The notes beneath the pieces are model-generated. The model saw nothing but the letters and a program-made list of their open reading frames with translations. It was not told the origin of the DNA and did not search any database. A stretch of DNA of 64,000 bases from a bacterium (GTDB lineage Bacteria > SAR324 > JACQKK01), in NCBI GenBank assembly GCA_965249525.1, contig OZ252237.1, positions 1,316,080-1,380,079 of the forward strand, read 5' to 3'. The translations under genes were made by a program, and so were the position numbers. Shown one piece after another: positions 57,934 to 64,000 of the stretch (within the stretch, counting starts at the first letter, position 1; every line of letters begins with the position of its first letter).

Positions 57934-58054
57934 ATGCAAAAAAGCTTGTCAGTACACCTTTATAAATGCGATAGAAAAACATAGTTGACTGCCCAAAACC
58001 CCATAAGAAAACTTTGGGTGCTTTTTCTCACCTCTTCCCCTTAGGCTTGCAGCC

Positions 58055-58411
58055 ATGAAAGCCCCCTTGATGCAATGGCTGGATGAAACCTACCAGCGTC
58101 GTGATATTGACCTCCCCAAAGTAGGGGCGCAAGTGCGCATCAACTACTGGATTCGTGAAGGCGAAAAACAACGCATCCAAGCATTTGAGGGGTTGGTAAT
58201 CCGTTGTCATCAACGCAAAGAGTATTTAGATGCCACCTTCACGGTGCGCAAATTATCACAAAACTTTGGTGTAGAACGCACATTTCCCCTGCACTCGCCA
58301 TTGATTGAAAGTATCACCTCCAAGCGCCAAGGACGTGTGCGACGAGCCAAACTGTATTATCAACGAGGCCGGCGGGGACGCAGAGCGCGATTGCGCGAAG
58401 TGAATGCCTGA
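58055..58411 (+). CDS. rplS: 50S ribosomal protein L19
   Basis: RIQAFEG, FTVRK, GVERTFPLHSP and VRRAKLYY motifs. Confidence 0.97.
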   Translation: MKAPLMQWLDETYQRRDIDLPKVGAQVRINYWIREGEKQRIQAFEGLVIRCHQRKEYLDATFTVRKLSQNFGVERTFPLHSPLIESITSKRQGRVRRAKLYYQRGRRGRRARLREVNA

Positions 58412-59369
58412 TTTTTCCCTGGAACGCCAACTATGGCAGACAGGTATTACCCATGTAGTCGGCATAGATGAAGCCGGGCGCGGCCCTTTGGCAGGTCCTG
58501 TGGCAGCAGCAGCAGTGGTGCTTCCTCAAGACTGGCCTTCAGCCCTTCCCTTAGCAGACAGCAAAAAACTCTCTGCGCCTGAACGTCAACGGCTGGCACT
58601 TGAAATTAAACAACGCGCACCTGCTTGGTCTGTCCGCCTGGCATCAGCAGCAGAAATTGACCGCCTCAACATTCTACAAGCCACCTTGCAAGCCATGTCG
58701 CGCGCGGTCTCCAGTCTTTCCATCTCTCCCAGCTATGCCCTGGTAGACGGCAATCGCTCCCCCATACTCCCCTGTGCCTGCAAACCCATCGTTAAGGGCG
58801 ATGACCTCAGCAACTCCATCGCCGCCGCTTCTATTCTAGCCAAAACCACCCGCGACCAACTGATGCAGTCCGCCCACCATCGTTGGCCGCAGTGGAACTT
58901 TGCCCAACACAAGGGCTATCCCACCCCCGCCCATCGCCAAGCCATCTTAGACCACGGACCCAGCCCTATCCATCGGATTTCTTTCTTGAAAAAGCTGCTC
59001 CAGCTTCAGGCATCGCAGCACCCCAACCAAATCCTGGCACGCCAAGGAGAAAACCAGGCAGCAGCCCACCTCATCTCCCTGGGATACCGCATCCGCGCCC
59101 GCAATGTCCACCTGGCTGGCGGGGAACTTGACCTCATCGCTGAAAAAGATGACTTCCTCGTCTTCGTTGAGGTAAAAACCCGCAAGCTCAACGGCATTCA
59201 TCCCAGCTTCTCAGTAACCTCTGCCAAGCAGGCACAACTGCGCAAGCTGGGTGAAAGCTACCTAGAACAAGAAAATCTCTGGCATCTGGTCCAGCCCTGC
59301 TTTGATGTCATTACTGTCCAAATTAGCCCTCACAAAACCATCTTGGAACATTTCCCCAACGCCTGCTAG
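58404..59369 (+). CDS. rnhB: Ribonuclease HII fused to a YraN-family (UPF0102) domain
   Basis: GIDEAGRGPLAGPV, DSKKL, VKGD, AASILAK and KGYPT, then GE..A...L...GY...RN....GELDLIA....LVFVEVKTR in one frame. Confidence 0.93.
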   Translation: MPDFSLERQLWQTGITHVVGIDEAGRGPLAGPVAAAAVVLPQDWPSALPLADSKKLSAPERQRLALEIKQRAPAWSVRLASAAEIDRLNILQATLQAMSRAVSSLSISPSYALVDGNRSPILPCACKPIVKGDDLSNSIAAASILAKTTRDQLMQSAHHRWPQWNFAQHKGYPTPAHRQAILDHGPSPIHRISFLKKLLQLQASQHPNQILARQGENQAAAHLISLGYRIRARNVHLAGGELDLIAEKDDFLVFVEVKTRKLNGIHPSFSVTSAKQAQLRKLGESYLEQENLWHLVQPCFDVITVQISPHKTILEHFPNAC

Positions 59370-59448
59370 ACTGAACAAACAGCCCTGGCTTTCATGCTTG
59401 ATGCAAAAAATAAAGAAAACATAAAGAAAACATAAAGAAAGACTGACC

Positions 59449-60681
59449 GTGAGCAAAATATGGGTGACCCACCCCGTGGTAGAATTGGATGGGGATGAAA
59501 TGACCCGCGTGATTTGGCAGCAAATCAAACAACGCTTAATTTTACCCTTCTTAAAACTGCAACTACTGTATTACGACCTCTCCATTGAGAATCGTGATGC
59601 CACCAATGACCAGGTAACCGTGGATGCAGCACATGCCATCTTAAAACACCAAGTGGGGATAAAGTGCGCCACCATCACCCCCGATGAAGCCCGCCTCAAA
59701 GAATTTGGCTTAAAGCAGATGTGGCGAAGCCCCAACGGCACCATTCGTAATATTGTGAAGGGCACCATTTTCCGTTCCCCAATTGTGTGTTCAAACATCC
59801 CCCGTCTGGTTCCCAATTGGAAGAAACCCATCGTGATAGCGCGCCATGCTTATGGAGATCAATACAAAGCAGTGGATGTGCGCATTCCTGGACCAGGGAA
59901 ATTAAAACTGGTCTATCAGCCCCCAAACGGCAGCCCCCAAACTTGGGATATTCATGACTTTGCAGGAGAAGGCGTTGCCTTGGGTATGTTCAACACGCTG
60001 GAATCCATCACCGATTTCTCCCGTGCAGTCTTTAACTACGGGCTGCAAAACCAGCTGGATACCTACCTCAGCACCAAGGACACCATCTTGAAACAATACG
60101 ACGGCTGTTTCCGCGATGTTTTTGCCTCTGTATTTGCCAAAGAATTCAAAGAAGCTTTTGAAGCTGCAGGTTTGGGCTATGAGCATCGTTTGATTGATGA
60201 CCTGGTGGCGCAAGTGTTGAAATGGGAGGGAGGTATTTTGTGGGCTTGCAAAAATTACGACGGCGATGTCCAATCTGATACCGTGGCGCAAGGCTTTGGA
60301 TCCCTGGGGCTGATGACCTCTACCTTGCTAACCCCTGACGGCAAGACCATGGAAGCTGAAGCTGCCCACGGCACAGTCACCCGACATTATCGCCAGCATC
60401 AACAAGGCAAGCCCACCAGCACCAACCCCATTGCCAGTATTTTCGCCTGGACACGCGGCTTAGCCCATCGCGGCACCTTGGACAACACCCCCGATGTGGT
60501 CAGCTTTGCCCGCACACTAGAAAAAGTGTGTGTGGACACCGTGGAAGCAGGACAAATGACCAAGGACCTCGCAGCTTGCATCCACCAAAACCCGCCCCCC
60601 CCAGACAGCTACCTCACTACCGAGCACTTTTTGGAAGCCTTGGAAAGCAATCTGCGCACTGCCCTGGGCACTGTGGGGTAA
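59449..60681 (+). CDS. icd: NADP-dependent isocitrate dehydrogenase
   Basis: [34 protein letters not shown] and [10 protein letters not shown] motifs. Confidence 0.97.
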   Translation: MSKIWVTHPVVELDGDEMTRVIWQQIKQRLILPFLKLQLLYYDLSIENRDATNDQVTVDAAHAILKHQVGIKCATITPDEARLKEFGLKQMWRSPNGTIRNIVKGTIFRSPIVCSNIPRLVPNWKKPIVIARHAYGDQYKAVDVRIPGPGKLKLVYQPPNGSPQTWDIHDFAGEGVALGMFNTLESITDFSRAVFNYGLQNQLDTYLSTKDTILKQYDGCFRDVFASVFAKEFKEAFEAAGLGYEHRLIDDLVAQVLKWEGGILWACKNYDGDVQSDTVAQGFGSLGLMTSTLLTPDGKTMEAEAAHGTVTRHYRQHQQGKPTSTNPIASIFAWTRGLAHRGTLDNTPDVVSFARTLEKVCVDTVEAGQMTKDLAACIHQNPPPPDSYLTTEHFLEALESNLRTALGTVG

Positions 60682-60701
60682 CCTGTGGGTTAAACTGCGG
60701 A

Positions 60702-61511
60702 CTAAAACGCATCTTTGGCTTGGCGCAATGCCCTAAACACTGCCTCAGCATCATCCCCCTTGGCCTGATGCGCCACAGCCCTCTTGATAGACTCCTCCCC
60801 GCAGCGCAAAAAAGGATTGGTCGCCAACTCCAACGCTACCTGAGAAGGCGAACTCCAACCTCCCCCTGCCAGCAGCTGCTGGGTTTGCTGCAGCCGTTCA
60901 GCCAGCTGCGGATTGTCCCCCTCCACGCTAAGGGCAAACCGCAAATTGCTCAGGGTATACTCATGCCCCACATACAGCCGAGTACTCGGCGACAGGGAGG
61001 CAATCTTCTGCAAAGAATGATACATCTGCTGATGCGTCCCCCCAAAAATACGACCACATCCCCCGCCAAACAAGGCATCGCCAGTAAAGGCTGCATCTTG
61101 CACCACATAGGTCATATGCTCACGGCTGTGACCCGCTGTGGACATGGCACGCACCTCCAAGCCTCCCACCTGAAACCGCGCTTCATCCGACAGCCCACGA
61201 GTCATGCCCGCAATAGGCGCACCTTGAGGACCAAACACTTCCACCTCTGCACCACCCACCTGCGCCTGCCCCAGCAGCTGCCCCAACCCCGCCACATGAT
61301 CCCCATCACCATGCGTCAACAACACCCCCGCCAAATGCCAGCCCTTCTCCGCCAGCACCGATAACAGCGGCTGCGCCTCCCCCACATCCACCGCCAATGC
61401 CTGCTGTGATCCCTCGGCACTCACCAAATACACATAATTATCCTGCAAACAAGGAATCACACACACCGAAAACCCCCCATGCTGGTGTTCTGCAAAACTG
61501 GGACTCGTCAT
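60702..61511 (-). CDS. gloB: Hydroxyacylglutathione hydrolase (glyoxalase II)
   Basis: DNYVY, THGDGDHVAG, FTGDALF..GCGR, GHEYT..N and E..TNPFLR motifs. Confidence 0.92.
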   Translation of the reverse strand: MTSPSFAEHQHGGFSVCVIPCLQDNYVYLVSAEGSQQALAVDVGEAQPLLSVLAEKGWHLAGVLLTHGDGDHVAGLGQLLGQAQVGGAEVEVFGPQGAPIAGMTRGLSDEARFQVGGLEVRAMSTAGHSREHMTYVVQDAAFTGDALFGGGCGRIFGGTHQQMYHSLQKIASLSPSTRLYVGHEYTLSNLRFALSVEGDNPQLAERLQQTQQLLAGGGWSSPSQVALELATNPFLRCGEESIKRAVAHQAKGDDAEAVFRALRQAKDAF

Positions 61512-61525
61512 AGTGCTTACTCCTT

Positions 61526-62326
61526 CTACCTTAATATTTTAAAAGCCCGAACAGCCTGCCCGTATGTTACTATTTGAGAACTGGCTTCTTTCTTTTCTGG
61601 TATTTTGTTGGTCAAAATATCAAAAACACATCCAGCATTAAGCCTGAACTTCATTTGCCGATAATGCCTTTTACTGTCATGACGATCCTCAATCTCTCCA
61701 ATGTTTATAGAACAAAGATGGGAACGAAAAGTAACCTTTTGGTCGTCCATCTGCCTCGGATTTCTTGCCCTTGAATTTTGGAGCGTCACATTAGCCGCAA
61801 GTGCCTTAACCACATCGTCTTTATGGAAAATGTGAAAAATTTTATCTGTTATATCCTCGTTTGCCCTGCCCAAAAACATACTCAGGTATTGTGCGCTGCC
61901 ACCATCAAACAACGCTTTATCAAGAAAAGCCTTGAAGGTTTTTGGCTTCTGTAGTTCCGCAAGAAGTTCCCGCATCTGCGGCTGAAGTTTCTGCTTGGCT
62001 AGTATCTTATTCGCTTCATAATCAGCTCGATTAACAGGATAAGCATCAATACAAGCAATCATGATATCAGCAACATTTCCAAGCCCTTGAAAGATAGAGT
62101 CCTTCTCTAAACGACTACGACCATAGAGAAATATCTGCCACCAAGTACCTGACTTTACCGAATGGAAACAACTACTTGCATCTAGTACATCTTTTTTGTC
62201 ATTAGGATGACCTTTTACCTCGCCTCCAATCAAAGAGGCAAAATGTTTTTCGTTCAGATGACCAGCGAGTTTCACTTCTTGGGCATGTTGAGAAGTCATA
62301 GCCCTTTTCCGTGACATATTAATCAT
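61526..62326 (-). CDS. Putative type II restriction endonuclease
   Basis: GH.NE...KKDV.D....SVK PD-(D/E)xK-like core; overlaps the MTase stop; AT-rich. Confidence 0.6.
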   Translation of the reverse strand: MINMSRKRAMTSQHAQEVKLAGHLNEKHFASLIGGEVKGHPNDKKDVLDASSCFHSVKSGTWWQIFLYGRSRLEKDSIFQGLGNVADIMIACIDAYPVNRADYEANKILAKQKLQPQMRELLAELQKPKTFKAFLDKALFDGGSAQYLSMFLGRANEDITDKIFHIFHKDDVVKALAANVTLQNSRARNPRQMDDQKVTFRSHLCSINIGEIEDRHDSKRHYRQMKFRLNAGCVFDILTNKIPEKKEASSQIVTYGQAVRAFKILR

Positions 62327-63398
62327 CCTTCACAATCAGCAGTTCGTGGGACTTTTTCACATGGTGATGGGTGCCATTCTCTATGCGATTTTTACCGATG
62401 CGGGTTTCCCCCTGACCCAGGGTATACTGCCATTGAACTTCTACGATGCGAAAGTCCCGATACCAGTCACGCACCGTCTGGCAGTCATTATAAGAAAGAA
62501 TAAAGCCCCCCCTTCTTGAGTGCAGCAGATCGCACAGCTTGGCATGGTCAAAGCCGTTGTGGTGGACAGGAAAATTGCGCTGGGGATAAATACCGCGAAA
62601 CATTTTGCTGTCTTCTCCTAAATAATAGGGAGGGTCACAGTATAAGAAATCGCCCTCATGTGCGGGAATGGACTTCTCAAAGCCTGCACGCTTCACCCTA
62701 AGCTGACCCGCAGAAAAATCACGCACGCGCTGCAGCAGTTTTTGGTAGCGCCTTTTGCAGTTATAGATTTTGGACATCCAGCCCAAAAATCCAGGACCAT
62801 AAGACAAATTGTAGTTAAAATAATAATGCGCTGCCAGGTCTTCTTTGCTCAGCAGTCTCTGCTTTAACCAATGGGCTTTTAAGCGCGCTTTCACCTGCTG
62901 ATAGCACTCCAAGGTGGGCTGCCAGCATGACAGCCTGCGGAATAATGTATAGGGCTTTTTCAGCTGCATCTGCCAGTAGCAAGTGAGAATATTAAACACA
63001 TCATAAGCCAACACCTCCATGCCCAACTCTTTGGCGCAGGCTATCTCCAGGCTGCCCCCTCCCAGAAAGGGTGATACCAAGCGGGTAAGATGACGGGGCA
63101 GCTGTTGAACAATGTGTCCCACAGCCAGACTTTTACCGCCGGCATAACGAATGGGCGAGCCCACATAGCGCTTGTAGCCCCTATGGTTGGGGCGTTTCAG
63201 CGAACGCAGGAAGTCTTCGGGACTTTTGACAGTCGGAGAAAAGACACTGGCAATCGGAGAAGATCCATTGCCAGTCGGAGAAGAACCATTGGCGGTTGGA
63301 GAAGATCCATTGACGGTCTCCAACAAAGACTCCCATGACACATTAAAAGGGGCAGCTGTTGTTGCTGGGCGTATTTCTGGGGCAGTCCGTTGTTTCAT
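62319..63398 (-). CDS. DNA adenine methyltransferase (Dam/D12 alpha class)
   Basis: RYAGGKS, motif I SPFLGGGS, motif IV YCDPPY, LSYND; N-terminal NGSSPT repeats. Confidence 0.93.
   Translation of the reverse strand: MKQRTAPEIRPATTAAPFNVSWESLLETVNGSSPTANGSSPTGNGSSPIASVFSPTVKSPEDFLRSLKRPNHRGYKRYVGSPIRYAGGKSLAVGHIVQQLPRHLTRLVSPFLGGGSLEIACAKELGMEVLAYDVFNILTCYWQMQLKKPYTLFRRLSCWQPTLECYQQVKARLKAHWLKQRLLSKEDLAAHYYFNYNLSYGPGFLGWMSKIYNCKRRYQKLLQRVRDFSAGQLRVKRAGFEKSIPAHEGDFLYCDPPYYLGEDSKMFRGIYPQRNFPVHHNGFDHAKLCDLLHSRRGGFILSYNDCQTVRDWYRDFRIVEVQWQYTLGQGETRIGKNRIENGTHHHVKKSHELLIVKDD
63235..63316 (-). repeat. 21-bp in-frame repeat x4 (degenerate) in the MTase N-terminus
   Basis: GGAGAAGATCCATTGCCAGTC variants. 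Confidence 0.8.
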
Positions 63399-63480
63399 GC
63401 TCTCTCCATCCTTGGAAACACGTAGCTAACCACACCTCCAAAGGCTCATAAGAATAAGCTTATCTGGAGGGGAAATTATT

Positions 63481-63520
63481 TTTCATTCATAAAAAATGAA
63501 ATAGTTTTTCATGAATGAAA
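63481..63520. promoter_or_regulatory. Inverted repeat TTTCATTCAT-N20-ATGAATGAAA (operator or hairpin candidate)
   Basis: Perfect 10-bp arms with inner AAAAA/TTTTT; abuts the -10 element of the predicted MTase promoter. Confidence 0.55.
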
Positions 63521-63547
63521 CATATCATGATAAGATTAGGTTGTCAA
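63519..63547 (-). promoter_or_regulatory. Putative sigma70 promoter for the MTase-endonuclease pair
   Basis: Minus strand TTGACA-N17-TATGTT with extended TGn. Confidence 0.6.
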
Positions 63548-63575
63548 GTTTTTTTCATAAAAAAAAGAGGTAGTC

Positions 63576-64000
63576 ATGCAAGATCGGGTGTTGTTGGTGT
63601 ATGGCAGCCAGTGGTGGCTGGTGCGTCGGGAGGCGAAGCATTTTTCACAAAGGGTGCTGGGGGATGCGCCTGTGGATTTTGCTTTGCAGCAATTTGATAT
63701 GGGGGAGTTATTGATGGGACAGCGCGGGATGGGAGAGGGGGTGGAGAAATTGGAGGCAGCTTTGCGGAATAGACCTTTGTTGTGTGAGTGCTATTTGGTG
63801 AGATTGGATGGGGTTGAGCGTTTGAAGGCCAGCGGTGCGGGGAGTGAAGTGGGGCGGGGTGTGTTGCAGGTGTTGGGGGAGGTATGGGGGAATATGCCTG
63901 CGGGGCTGCATGTGCTGTTGACAGGGCGTGCCACAGGAGAGGGGGAGTTGAGCAAGCCTTTGTTGAGGGAAGTGCGCAAACGGGGAGTAGGTCGGGTGGT
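63576..64000 (+). CDS. holA: DNA polymerase III delta subunit (N-terminal part, runs off the window)
   Basis: Own translation, absent from the ORF track: MQDRVLLVYGSQWWLVRREAKHFSQRVLGDAPVDFALQQFD...NRPLLCECYLVRLD; GAGG RBS upstream; HolA-like by eye. Confidence 0.6.
   Translation, partial: MQDRVLLVYGSQWWLVRREAKHFSQRVLGDAPVDFALQQFDMGELLMGQRGMGEGVEKLEAALRNRPLLCECYLVRLDGVERLKASGAGSEVGRGVLQVLGEVWGNMPAGLHVLLTGRATGEGELSKPLLREVRKRGVGRV

Noticed and set aside
1-64000. IS elements, integrases or prophage explaining the R-M inserts
   Set aside because: No transposase, recombinase or phage structural ORF recognised, and no clear flanking target-site duplications seen.

Overview
64 kb of bacterial chromosome from a Gram-negative organism. 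The gene order rplS-rnhB-yraN and 7TM-HD-ybeY suggests a deltaproteobacterial-like lineage (possibly SAR324); this is inference only. It holds about 60 CDS, mostly housekeeping: leuCD, ilvA, hisC/B/H, dnaG, aspS, waaA, lpdA, gcvH, fabDG-acpP-fabF, era, selA, rsgA, hflX, rplC, rpsT, efp/epmA, rpsP-rimM-trmD-rplS-rnhB, icd, gloB and a partial holA. Three restriction-modification-type inserts interrupt them: MTase + ThaI-like nuclease, a single-chain MTase-HNH, and a Dam-family MTase + putative nuclease. No CRISPR array, rRNA, canonical tRNA or transposase was found. Three features stand out. (1) A sawtooth G/C strand skew repeats every few kb regardless of gene direction. (2) More than 30 mutually unrelated short tandem duplications (9-23 bp units) occupy most intergenic gaps and many protein termini. 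(3) An unannotated locus at 44.6-47.35 kb combines an AT-rich tract, a 12 x 14-bp array, a 559-aa gene with possible Rep/TrfA-like winged helices, and a ~145-nt strongly base-paired RNA-like element. Product calls come from motif recognition by eye; no database searches were run.
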